Source of the DNA: Candidatus Shapirobacteria bacterium
GTDB lineage: Bacteria; Patescibacteriota; Microgenomatia; UBA12405
Length of the DNA: 64,000 nucleotides
Assembly (NCBI GenBank): GCA_041659325.1
Contig: JBAZYN010000002.1
Span: 206,082-270,081 of the forward strand
Direction: 5' to 3'
Shown here: positions 49,901 to 57,386 of the stretch, piece after piece
Position numbering within the stretch: position 1 is the first letter of the stretch
How the letters are laid out: every line of letters begins with the position of its first letter
Program-made: the position numbers and the translations under genes
The notes under the pieces: generated by a model
Seen by the model: the letters and a program-made list of their open reading frames with translations, nothing else
What the model was told of the DNA's origin: nothing
Databases searched by the model: none

Positions 49901-51197
49901 TTCGACCAATGAATGTAGTGCCCCGTCCGGGACAGTGAGCTATAAGCCGGACGGAAAGTGGAAGGTAGCCCCGACAATGACGGCTAGCCCGTCGGCGACG
50001 ATTAAAACAAAGTCGGCAACAATAAGTTGGTCGACAAACAGAACCAGTAATTCGTTTGTAAAATACGGAAAGACATCGGGGACTTACGGGGAAGAAGTGG
50101 GATCGTCTGACCAGGTATCGTTGCACGAAATTACTTTAACCGGATTGGACCCGGGAACGACGTATTATTATATTACTCAATGGACTGACGAGGATGGGAA
50201 TACCGGATCTTCGGCCGAGCTGAACCTGACGACTAATGCGGCACCATTTGTGTCGGCAGTAAAAGTGGTAGATACCGGATTGTACTCGGTCTATGTGGAG
50301 TTTAATTTAAGCAATGCAACAACGGCGACGGTGCAGTACGGGAAAACAATAAGTTACGGAGGGGTGCAAACGGTAACAACATCCCGGGAGGCGAGTAGTT
50401 ATACGGTAAAAATAGAGGGATTAGACGAGGGAACGGAATATCATTTGCGGATTGCCGCCAATGACGAGGAGGGTAATACTTTTGCTAGCGATGACTATAC
50501 CTTTGAAACATTGCCGGTACCAAAGATTAGCGGGGTAAAAATTCAGCAGGTCAAGGGTATGCCGACGGCGACGGTGCGGTTTTTATGGAAGACGAATACC
50601 GGAGTCAGTTCAATTATTACCTATTATCCTGAAGGAAGGGCGGAAATGGCCCGGGATCAAATATCGTTGCCTTTGACGTTAAATCATGAAATGATGATAA
50701 AAGATTTGTTGGATGATACGCCATATGTGTTTGTAATAAAGGGGAAAGATGTGATAGGAAACAGCGCTGAGCCCAGTCCTCAGAAATTTACAACATCGAC
50801 TGATTTGAGGCCGCCATCTATTTCTAACTTAAGACTAGAGGCTTCGGTGGCCGGGGTAGGCGAAGAGGCGAAAGCGCAAATTACTTTATACTGGGATACC
50901 GATGAGCCGTCGACGGCTCAGGTGGAGTACGGAGCCGGGACCGGATCTGATTATCCGAGTAAAACTCAGAAAGATGTGATTATGGTAATGAACCACACAG
51001 TAACAGTGACGGATTTGGCGCCGGGGCAGGTATACCACTTGCGGGTTTTGGCAGAGGATAGGGTGCAAAATTTGACAATGTCCTATGATAACGTGGTGAT
51101 TACACCAAAGGCGACCAGATCAGCCCTGGATTTGGTGGTAGAAAATTTGTCAAAGAGTTTTGGATTCTTTAATAATTTGTCGCAAGTAGCTAAATAA
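43965..51197 (+). CDS. 2410-aa surface protein: Kelch-like propellers plus FN3/PAP-N-like domains
   Basis: N-terminal TM; many IY.LRG....F.RYD...D.W repeats; (K/R)..D.AGNVS and V.YG...YG FN3 motifs. Confidence 0.88.
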   Translation: MKFINYELRITNYEFKKIVIVLVLWAVGLGVGLIGGNYWWNNRNEVSAADRVLTTTADFDGGRYMNMEADSKQGQLKLKADGSWGPRVFTVPNVNLGNESPIASDGNYIYVIASADNYFARYIPAEDKWETLASAPHYAYPGSDMVVLGDYVYAVFGGYQREFSRYSIVNDTWEEMAMLLDITYGGTSLSTDGNEIYCLRGHNTNDFWKYDVQADRWTPIGSTPLTIRYGADLSYSSETNKMYTPRGNSSNVFYIYDLGTSIWSIGPTLPETMTEDSNSDIGGTVIYVPRGIGTSTFWAFNVGTTQWSILTGTPQITRYVGAVYNAAEDKVYVFRGNGTPDFWKYDPGANSFPGPTDLPAAPGTGSDLIYSDGYWYYNRGGTTAMYRYNGAVGATWQTMAVGSSVFSSDTKGVAVNGLLYYLQGGGARNFFSFSPSVGVGGSWGTLATIPAAIAPNYGAGLAYPGSGDYIYATRGVGTRTFMRYDMPGNVWSDVGVTDLPDDAEAGYGSRIIGVGTTELFYIAGNGVAKFLKYNITSDAWTVLGNLPFSPYYGTDMTYYGGKMYFQAGYYKRDIWEYTLATGEWRRLADISGYNASDSGPYNGGSLESDGAGNLYSINGANVLWIRSYSIGSSRYPGGGSWNSGTIDLEYAAGWSGINVGKTTPGDSSVSVYTRSSSNQTSWSPWQEAVGMGISSPINRYLQIGVSMHSSSGGSETPIINDITVSYIGDTGVPTNPTSISGLSQQVAGVGLTSGQSYSYNQPYFDWSGGGDTETSVAGYYVYFGTGTTATVDPAISGSYQTDSSYLVTMPMQTGTYSLLIKTKDLGGNVSNTWQAFVYVYNGVSPFISFAQASTPEFSIGTTAGVDISNNRIRLMGTSGFWEQERLSLLQANVTVGNGGDVAVMGNKLYIMRGNGGKEFSIYDLSTDVVSVGPTMPATVAAGGALVEGPPGYLYAMRGGGTSTFWRYDIGASLWSDALAMDTLQQTNSGAAMVYDEGNYIYALKGNGDDTFMRYDASIDNWEVMANNVVFGAPENQADNLVNLGGDLAYDVGTSRVYAIQGNLRTGFAVYDVNADSWSQLPNLPALSYYGARIEYDSGTGAVFYIPGWDKPFLYKYDVGEQVWTKISDAPAGLGYGANLRKVGGYLYVTRGASTTTIYKYNIAKNSWVVPSWNLFGGWWRGSDSRTFADGADIIRGDGNNMYIFRGNYDNLFVKYNATTGEVTKLTDVPAGIFRGSELVYDSVNNKIYASTSIYDKKFMVYDIATDEWSQVVGSGGTMPTDAGEGSSLVFDGSEYIYRLRGGNTQTFHKFSVNTGLWSTLPNTPRAMQYGSDLEIYNSNYYATRGAGTTEFFMFNPTLGVWSSSPAIARLPTGMTFNYDGFLVKGASDKMYGCRGGNTADCFVYSVISNTWTYIGTSMPANLTYGGAGAINQTGDKMYVIAGAGTNTYSNGLYSYVISTDNSSVGESGTFISGAHDLGEVFRYANLEVGYSAAPNTTLMVWTRTSDDGVGWGSWVQASSEKQIGSDFYYRIGSTAKRYIQVRFDLASGDKMYSGTIYDYKINYYQDSAPPTNPTIISAFDNGGMGSTLVSGTFYATTAPYFDWPGVGETGAAGDGNGGSGVNGYYVYFGLGETANPVSGAGTTYTIATAHTGTGMTTGNLYYLRLKAKDEAGNVASEVGTTFVFGYDGSPPTNPTTITADPPGYTATNSFAFSWSGAGDTGAGVEGYYYKTGSVGATEVFTTDSNVAGIAAYQTGTNTFYVRTKDLAGNVSEYTTSSYYWSSTAPGAPRDLRLTYPDVGTSNTVNEFAFAWSSPDPETYFGQLSGLRYYYSFNETPSVSNVNEVGLAVTYLSKGAYATRRDTNTLYVVAMDEAGNIDYRNRASIDFEASTSAPGTPGDIDISDVSIKESSAWRLALTWDTPVATGSGVSMYKVYRSTTTGAVCTSDFSDFEYASSTTGVSYVDIGLTQVKYYYCVKACDSTNECSAPSGTVSYKPDGKWKVAPTMTASPSATIKTKSATISWSTNRTSNSFVKYGKTSGTYGEEVGSSDQVSLHEITLTGLDPGTTYYYITQWTDEDGNTGSSAELNLTTNAAPFVSAVKVVDTGLYSVYVEFNLSNATTATVQYGKTISYGGVQTVTTSREASSYTVKIEGLDEGTEYHLRIAANDEEGNTFASDDYTFETLPVPKISGVKIQQVKGMPTATVRFLWKTNTGVSSIITYYPEGRAEMARDQISLPLTLNHEMMIKDLLDDTPYVFVIKGKDVIGNSAEPSPQKFTTSTDLRPPSISNLRLEASVAGVGEEAKAQITLYWDTDEPSTAQVEYGAGTGSDYPSKTQKDVIMVMNHTVTVTDLAPGQVYHLRVLAEDRVQNLTMSYDNVVITPKATRSALDLVVENLSKSFGFFNNLSQVAK
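43976..44008 (+). repeat. AATTACG heptamer array in the N-terminal leader (NYELRITNYEF)
   Basis: caattac gaattac gaattac taattac gaatt. Confidence 0.85.
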
Positions 51198-51199
51198 TT

Positions 51200-51232
51200 A
51201 ATTACGAATTATGAATTACGAATTACGAATTA
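51200..51232. repeat. Intergenic AATTACG heptamer array
   Basis: aattacg aattatg aattacg aattacg aatta. Confidence 0.85.
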
Positions 51233-51242
51233 AAAACTAAAA

Positions 51243-52064
51243 ATGTATCAGCGAACAGGACAAGGAGAGGCAATACTGAAGGTAGAAGAGGTGAAAAAGA
51301 ATTTCTACATCGGGGGACAGGATTTGCCGGTGCTAAAGGGGATAACCTTACAGGTTAACCGGGGGGATTTTGCAATAATTTTCGGGCCGTCAGGGTGTGG
51401 GAAATCAACCTTGTTACACGCTATTTTGGGGATGGAACCGCCAACCTCGGGCAAAGTATGGATTGACGGAGTGAATTTGTACAATATGGACGAAGACGAG
51501 ATTGTCCGACATAGAAAAGAGAGAATCGGGATTGTTTTTCAGCAATCGATTTGGATAAAGTCACTAACCGTGTTGGAAAATGTAAGTTTCCCAAACAGGC
51601 TTAAAGGGATGAGCAAGGAGGAGGCGGAATCGTTGGCCTTGGAGACTCTAAAGTCAGTGACACTGGATAATTGGGCTCATCACCACCCTTCGGAACTGTC
51701 TTCGGGGCAGCAGCAAAGGGTGAGTTTGGCCAGGGCGTTGACGATTGATCCTTTGGTGATTGTGGCGGATGAACCGACGGGGAATTTGGATACGGTTTCG
51801 GGAGATGAGTTAATGGAATTGGTATCGGAGCTAAATACAAAAAGAGGGAAAACGGTGCTAATGGTGACTCACGACTTGGAATATTTGAGATACGCAAATA
51901 AGCTGTTTCATATAATTGATGGGGAACTAGTAGAAGAAGTGGACGGGAAGGGGGCGATGGAATTGGCACAAAAGTTGAAAAGTAAAAAAGGTCTGCGAAC
52001 GAGAACGACGGTTCGCGATAAGAATTTTTTAGTCAGTAATAAAGAAAAATATGTGGCAAAATAG
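51243..52064 (+). CDS. ABC transporter ATP-binding protein (LolD/MacB family)
   Basis: GPSGCGKST, LSSGQQQRV, ADEPTGNLD, MVTHD. Confidence 0.95.
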   Translation: MYQRTGQGEAILKVEEVKKNFYIGGQDLPVLKGITLQVNRGDFAIIFGPSGCGKSTLLHAILGMEPPTSGKVWIDGVNLYNMDEDEIVRHRKERIGIVFQQSIWIKSLTVLENVSFPNRLKGMSKEEAESLALETLKSVTLDNWAHHHPSELSSGQQQRVSLARALTIDPLVIVADEPTGNLDTVSGDELMELVSELNTKRGKTVLMVTHDLEYLRYANKLFHIIDGELVEEVDGKGAMELAQKLKSKKGLRTRTTVRDKNFLVSNKEKYVAK

Positions 52065-54180
52065 ATTGATAAAAATTAAGGAAAAATTTTTAACAACAGG
52101 GGTGTTTTTGTGGTCCAATGTGGTGTTTATTGCCATACTTTATGTCTATGTAACCAGGGCGCTAATTATCCGCTTGTTAAGGCTAAGGGTATTAGGTTTT
52201 GTGCCCAGATTGATACACTTAGAGATATTGGTAAAAATACTTGATAAGGTAACCAAGTCGATTGATTTTGACGTAAAAAACCAAGTTTCCCGGGGCTATT
52301 TGGTAGAACTGGCTTTTAGGAACATGAAATCGAAAAAGAATCGGACGGTGGTGACAATCGGAGGAGTGGCCCTGGGGGTGGGAGCAATCGTGTTTTTGGT
52401 GTCGATGGGGTATGGGCTGGAGCGGATGGTGATTTCCAAGGTGGCCAGGTTGGATGAACTAAAAATGGCAGACGTATCGTCGGGAAAGGCGGCATCGCTG
52501 ACGATGAATGATGAAATAATTAAAAGAATAAAGGGTCTCGACGGAGTGGCGGAAGTTATTCCGATGGTGTCGATGGTGTCGAAGGTGAGATACAACAATT
52601 CTGTTTTGGATGTAATGACGTATGGGGTTGACGAAAGATATCTAAAAGCAGTCAATGCCAAATTTTTAAACGGGGAGCCGTTTAAGAATAAAAATGGAGA
52701 CATAATGTCGATGGTCCCAATTGAATATTCGGGTGAGGGGGAGGTGGCGGGGATAGAACAGGAAGTGGTTTGGGTGCAAAAAGGGGAAAAGGTGGAAGAC
52801 GGGGTAATCAGATTTAATGTGGCAGAGGGGAAGAAAGTTTTGGTGTATGAAGATTGTGACACGGATTCGACGGCTGCCGGTGAGGTAATTAGAAGTGAGG
52901 GTGGGTATATCGGGGAAGAAGTGTGGGGCGAGGTCTATGGTGAGGCCGATTCAGCCGTGGTGGGCAAAGATGTCTATCAGGAAGTAACTTATTCTAAGTG
53001 GGTCAGGACAAAGGCGCCTCTCTGGAAGGTGGATGATAAGGGAGTGGCGATTCCGTATCTGGATGGAGTGGGGAAGCAAAAATGGACAATCGGCTGTATT
53101 AAATCAGAGGATCTAATCATTGAGGCGCAGAGCATGGAAGAGTTTAATGCGGATAATCTGGACGAGTATATCTTTGGGTTGGAAAACAAGATTTTGGGAG
53201 AGACAATTTCTTCTGCCTCGGCTAGCCGGACGGCTTCGACCTCGGCGGAGTTGGTAGCGGTAGAGGCCAGTTCGAGTGCGGTCCTATTTGAGACGATAGT
53301 GGCCACAGATTCGGCCGGGGTAGAATGGGTGGAATTAAGAAAGATTGGAGAGGACAAAAATAAGCTGATGGAAATTGAGTACACGACGGAACCGGTGGCA
53401 GAGGCTTATGTGACCACCGGTTTGCTAAAGATGTTGGGTTTGGCCTCCAGTGAAGCGGCGGGGAAAAAGTTTATGGTTTCATATATTATCCCCGACGGAC
53501 TAGTAGAGGGGAAAAGTGGCAGGATGCAATCGGTCGAGAGGGAGTACAAGATTATGGGAGTGGTGGAGGATGATGGCAATAACTTTTATTATTTTCATTT
53601 GACAGATACAAAAAGTTTAGGGGCTAAAAGTTATTCACAGCTCAAAGTGACGGTGGTTGATAAAGCTAAGTTGGCTGAAGTCAGAAAAGCGATTGAGACG
53701 ATTGGTTTTAAAACAACTAGCACGGTAGATACGGTGGCGGGGATTGAGCGGATTTTTGGAACTTTGAGATTGATTTTGGGGCTGTTGGGAACAATTGCTT
53801 TGGCGGTGGCCTCGTTGGGGATGTTCAATACTATGACGGTGTCGCTTTTGGAGCGGACCAGGGAGGTGGGGGTAATGAAGTCAATGGGAATGTTGTCGAA
53901 AGAAGTGAGAGAATTATTTTTGGCCGAATCGATGATTATGGGAATGGGAGGAGGGACATTGGGGGTGCTGTTTGGATTTATGATGGGTTGGACTTTATCG
54001 ATAACATTGTCGGCGGTATCGGTGCTAAAGGGGCAGGGGGTGATAAATATTTCGTATGTGCCATGGTTTTTTGTAGCTTTTATTATGTTTATTTCTTTTA
54101 TGGTGGGGATGGTGACCGGGTGGTATCCCAGTAAACGGGCGAGAATGATTTCGGCTTTGAATGCGTTGAGGTATGAATAA
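52051..54180 (+). CDS. ABC transporter permease (MacB/FtsX family) with an enlarged extracellular loop
   Basis: RTVVTIGGV..GVGAIVFLVS, NTMTVSLLERTREVG.MK..G, YPSKRA...AL.ALRYE. Confidence 0.92.
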   Translation: MWQNRLIKIKEKFLTTGVFLWSNVVFIAILYVYVTRALIIRLLRLRVLGFVPRLIHLEILVKILDKVTKSIDFDVKNQVSRGYLVELAFRNMKSKKNRTVVTIGGVALGVGAIVFLVSMGYGLERMVISKVARLDELKMADVSSGKAASLTMNDEIIKRIKGLDGVAEVIPMVSMVSKVRYNNSVLDVMTYGVDERYLKAVNAKFLNGEPFKNKNGDIMSMVPIEYSGEGEVAGIEQEVVWVQKGEKVEDGVIRFNVAEGKKVLVYEDCDTDSTAAGEVIRSEGGYIGEEVWGEVYGEADSAVVGKDVYQEVTYSKWVRTKAPLWKVDDKGVAIPYLDGVGKQKWTIGCIKSEDLIIEAQSMEEFNADNLDEYIFGLENKILGETISSASASRTASTSAELVAVEASSSAVLFETIVATDSAGVEWVELRKIGEDKNKLMEIEYTTEPVAEAYVTTGLLKMLGLASSEAAGKKFMVSYIIPDGLVEGKSGRMQSVEREYKIMGVVEDDGNNFYYFHLTDTKSLGAKSYSQLKVTVVDKAKLAEVRKAIETIGFKTTSTVDTVAGIERIFGTLRLILGLLGTIALAVASLGMFNTMTVSLLERTREVGVMKSMGMLSKEVRELFLAESMIMGMGGGTLGVLFGFMMGWTLSITLSAVSVLKGQGVINISYVPWFFVAFIMFISFMVGMVTGWYPSKRARMISALNALRYE

Positions 54181-54186
54181 GAAAAA

Positions 54187-54248
54187 GAAAGTCTAAAAGT
54201 CTGAAAGTCTTAAAGTCGAAAGTTATAAAGTTCATAAAGTTTATAAAG
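54187..54248. repeat. Intergenic family A array grading into AAAGTT units
   Basis: gaaagtctaaaagtctgaaagtcttaaagtcgaaagttataaagttcataaagtttataaag. Confidence 0.82.
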
Positions 54249-54331
54249 AGGGGGAAAAAATAACGTCATTGCCACACTTCTTCCGGCAGAGGCGGACAAG
54301 CGCAATGGTGGGTAAACCGGCAGGCGGGTTT

Positions 54332-54360
54332 GTAATCAGTAATTGGTAATTTGTAATCTG
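54332..54360. repeat. Intergenic GTAAT heptamer array
   Basis: gtaatca gtaattg gtaattt gtaatct g. Confidence 0.78.
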
Positions 54361-54385
54361 CAATAAACAGAAGATATAATTAGGT

Positions 54386-54658
54386 ATGCCAATAATCAGG
54401 GGAGTAGAACACGGGGAGCTGATTGGGGAGAATGGTGAAAAAATTGAACTGCCGGTTTCTCCCAGGAAAGTGCCTAAACCAAAACGAAAAATTCTAGTGG
54501 CACCACAATCGGACGAGTTGAGAGAAGCAGGATGCAGAAGGGAGGAATTTAACGAGATAGCGGAGGGTACAACCGATACGCAGGTGGTGGCAGTAGAATT
54601 ACCGATTAGAAGGAAAACAAGTCGGTCTAGAAGGAAAAGAGCCGCACCCGAGGAATAG
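54386..54658 (+). CDS. Small hypothetical protein
   Basis: 90-aa ORF with TATAAT 5 nt upstream of the ATG. Confidence 0.55.
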   Translation: MPIIRGVEHGELIGENGEKIELPVSPRKVPKPKRKILVAPQSDELREAGCRREEFNEIAEGTTDTQVVAVELPIRRKTSRSRRKRAAPEE

Positions 54659-54680
54659 CCTGATTGTGCTAGAATAAGCC

Positions 54681-57383
54681 ATGAATTTTGCTGAAATCGA
54701 GCCAAAATGGTTAAAGTTTTGGAATGAGCATCCGGAGCTTTATAGAGCCACTGAGTCTGAAAGTCTGAAAGCCATGCCTGCCGGCAGGCAGGTCTTAAAG
54801 TCTGAAAGTAAAAAAGATAAAAAATACATTTTGGTGGAGTTTCCGTATCCGAGTGGAAGCGGATTGCATGTTGGTCATGCTTTTAGTTTTACGGCAGCAG
54901 ACATATATGCCAGGTTTAAGAGAATGCAGGGGTATAATGTGATGTTTCCTATGGGGTGGGATGCGTTTGGACTGCCGACTGAGAATTATGCAATAAAGAT
55001 GAAGCGGAAACCACAAGAGATTGCCCGGGAGAATATTGATATGTTTAGGGAGCAGGCGAAGAGGTTGGCGCTTTCTTTTGATTGGGAGAGAGAAGTAAGC
55101 ACGATTGATCCAAATTATTATAAATGGACTCAATGGATTTTTATACAATTATTTAAGAAGGGATTGGCATACAAGAAAGAGATGCCGATTAATTGGTGTC
55201 CTTCATGTAAAATCGGTTTGGCAAATGAAGAAGTAGTGGATGGGAAGTGTGAACGGTGTGGGGCAGAAGTTTCAAGAAGAAATATTTCCCAATGGGTGGT
55301 AAAAATTACTAATTATGCAGACCGACTGCTAGAAGGGTTAAAAAATACCGATTTTATCGATAAAGTAAAACAGGCGCAGATAAACTGGATTGATCGTAAA
55401 GAATGGATCGATATTACTTATCCGATTGAAGGAACGAAAGAAACAGTGACAGTGGCAACGACCAGGCCGGATACAAATTTTGGAGCGACTTTTATTGTGT
55501 TGGCGCCGGAACATGATTTGGTAAGTAAGTTGACAACCGGAATGCTAAAAACGGATCAGGACTTAAAAGAGATAAAGAACTATGTGGTTAAAGCTAAGAG
55601 GAAATCGGAATTAGAAAGGCAGCGGGAAGTAACCGGTAGGGATAAAACGGGGGTGTTTACCGGATTGTATGCAATTAACCACTTAACAAATAAAAAAATG
55701 CCGATTTGGATAACGGATTTTGTATTGGCAACAGTGGGAACGGGGGCGGTGGTTGGAGTGCCGGGACACGATATTCGTGATTTTGAATTTGCCAAGCAAT
55801 TTGGTCTGGAGGTGAAAAGAGTAGTAGTAGGTAAAGATGGTGATAAATCGGAAATAATCAAAAAGGAACAGGTTCAGGAAGAGGAGGGGGAGATGGTCAA
55901 TTCCGGTTTTCTTGACGGACTCGGTATCCATGAGGCAACAAAAAAGGTTATGGATTATTTGGAAGAGAAGGGGTGGGGGAAAAGATCGATCAGATATCAC
56001 TTAAGAGACTGGATATTTTCCAGGCAGCATTATTGGGGAGAGCCAATACCGATGATTTTTTGCGAAAAATGCGCAGAAAATCAAACCCTACCCCCGGCCC
56101 CTTCCCTTGACAGGGCAGGGGAAAAAGAAATTCTCCCTTGTCAAGGGGAGATGGCCGAAGGCCAGAGGGGTTTGAATTGCGGTTGGGTTCCGGTGCCGGA
56201 GGATCAACTGCCAATTAAGTTGCCGGAGGTTGAGGCGTATGAGCCGACTGAGGACGGGAAGAGCCCGTTGTCAAAAATTGAAAGCTTTGTGAAGTGCAAA
56301 TGCCCGGTATGCGGGGGCGAGGCAAAGAGGGAAACGGATACAATGCCAAACTGGGCGGGATCTGACTGGTATTATCTCGCATATTTATTACCTAATATGC
56401 GAGAGTCTGAAAGTCAAAAGTCAAAAGTCGAAAGTAATAAGGGAAATATTTTTATTGAAAATCAAGAGAAACTAAGAGAATGGATGCCGGTTGATATATA
56501 TATTGGCGGGGATGAACACAATACTTTGCATTTGCTGTATTCCCGGTTTATTTACCAGTTTTTATGGGATTTGGGAGTGGTCCCCAAAGAGTATCCGGAG
56601 CCGTATATAAAGCGGGTATCGCATGGGGTGATTTTGGGGCCGGATAATCAGAGGATGAGTAAGTCGAAGGGAAATATAATAGTGCCGGAAAAGGTGTCTG
56701 AGGTATATGGAGTGGATGTGATTAGGTGCTATCTAATGTTTATGGGACCGTTTGATGCAGTAATGGCATGGAATGAAAAAACTTTAATGGGGGTGAAGAG
56801 GTTTTTGGATAGGTTTAGTAAATATATTAATGATCAATTACGAATTACCCACCTCGGCGGGCAGGCGAATTACGAATTAGACATAGTGTCTGCTAGCAAA
56901 GCCGAGGATAAAGTGTTTATCAATAAGATGGTGGCCGGGGTGACAAAGGACTTAGAAGAATTTGGCTATAACACGGCGATAGCGAAGATGATGGAAGGAA
57001 TAAATCAATTACGAATTAATAATTACGAATTACGAATTGAGGAAATAAAAACGTTAATTAAATTAATTGCGCCGTTTGCGCCGTATTTGGGGGAGGAGCT
57101 TTGGAGCATGTGTGGAGAAAAGGGGTCGGTACATGTTTCTGCCTGGCCGGTGGCAGAGGATAAGTATTTGGTTGAGAAGACAATTACAATAGCGGTGGCG
57201 ATTAATGGAAAAGTGAGGGATCAGATAGAAGTCGAAAGTCTAAAAGTCTTAAAGTCTGAAAGTAAAGAAGAAATTATTGCGGAGGCAAAGAAATTGGAAA
57301 AGATTCAAAAGTGGCTGGAAGGAAAGAAGATTATCAGAGAAATATATGTGCCGGGGAAGATGGTTAATTTTGTAGTAGAGTAG
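54681..57383 (+). CDS. leuS: Leucine--tRNA ligase with six in-frame repeat inserts
   Basis: FPYPSG.GLHVGH (HIGH), GWDAFGLP.EN, TTRPDT, LRDWIFSRQ.YWGEPIP, RETDTM, RMSKSKGN. Confidence 0.97.
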   Translation: MNFAEIEPKWLKFWNEHPELYRATESESLKAMPAGRQVLKSESKKDKKYILVEFPYPSGSGLHVGHAFSFTAADIYARFKRMQGYNVMFPMGWDAFGLPTENYAIKMKRKPQEIARENIDMFREQAKRLALSFDWEREVSTIDPNYYKWTQWIFIQLFKKGLAYKKEMPINWCPSCKIGLANEEVVDGKCERCGAEVSRRNISQWVVKITNYADRLLEGLKNTDFIDKVKQAQINWIDRKEWIDITYPIEGTKETVTVATTRPDTNFGATFIVLAPEHDLVSKLTTGMLKTDQDLKEIKNYVVKAKRKSELERQREVTGRDKTGVFTGLYAINHLTNKKMPIWITDFVLATVGTGAVVGVPGHDIRDFEFAKQFGLEVKRVVVGKDGDKSEIIKKEQVQEEEGEMVNSGFLDGLGIHEATKKVMDYLEEKGWGKRSIRYHLRDWIFSRQHYWGEPIPMIFCEKCAENQTLPPAPSLDRAGEKEILPCQGEMAEGQRGLNCGWVPVPEDQLPIKLPEVEAYEPTEDGKSPLSKIESFVKCKCPVCGGEAKRETDTMPNWAGSDWYYLAYLLPNMRESESQKSKVESNKGNIFIENQEKLREWMPVDIYIGGDEHNTLHLLYSRFIYQFLWDLGVVPKEYPEPYIKRVSHGVILGPDNQRMSKSKGNIIVPEKVSEVYGVDVIRCYLMFMGPFDAVMAWNEKTLMGVKRFLDRFSKYINDQLRITHLGGQANYELDIVSASKAEDKVFINKMVAGVTKDLEEFGYNTAIAKMMEGINQLRINNYELRIEEIKTLIKLIAPFAPYLGEELWSMCGEKGSVHVSAWPVAEDKYLVEKTITIAVAINGKVRDQIEVESLKVLKSESKEEIIAEAKKLEKIQKWLEGKKIIREIYVPGKMVNFVVE
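54754..54809 (+). repeat. leuS insert 1: family A array with nested family P hairpin (ESESLKAMPAGRQVLKSES)
   Basis: agtctgaaagtctgaaag[ccatgcctgccggcaggcagg]tcttaaagtctgaaagt. Confidence 0.9.
56082..56174 (+). repeat. leuS insert 2: inverted pair of family E hairpins
   Basis: caaaccctacccccggccccttcccttgacagggcagggg...ctcccttgtcaaggggagatggccgaaggccagaggggtttg, between CEKC and CGWVPVP. Confidence 0.85.
56403..56435 (+). repeat. leuS insert 3: family A array (ESESQKSKVES)
   Basis: gagtctgaaagtcaaaagtcaaaagtcgaaagt. Confidence 0.8.
56835..56879 (+). repeat. leuS insert 4: heptamer array with nested 18-nt GC hairpin (QLRITHLGGQANYEL)
   Basis: caattacgaatta[cccacctcggcgggcagg]cgaattacgaatta. 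Confidence 0.85.
57006..57038 (+). repeat. leuS insert 5: heptamer array (QLRINNYELRI)
   Basis: caattacgaattaataattacgaattacgaatt; 32/33 identical to the comEC insert. Confidence 0.85.
57228..57263 (+). repeat. leuS insert 6: family A array (EVESLKVLKSES)
   Basis: gaagtcgaaagtctaaaagtcttaaagtctgaaagt. Confidence 0.82.
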
Positions 57384-57386
57384 TCT

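Noticed and set aside
54241-54705. 154-aa minus-strand ORF
   Set aside because: Overlaps the leuS start and a promoter-supported + ORF; its tail is just heptamer-array translation.
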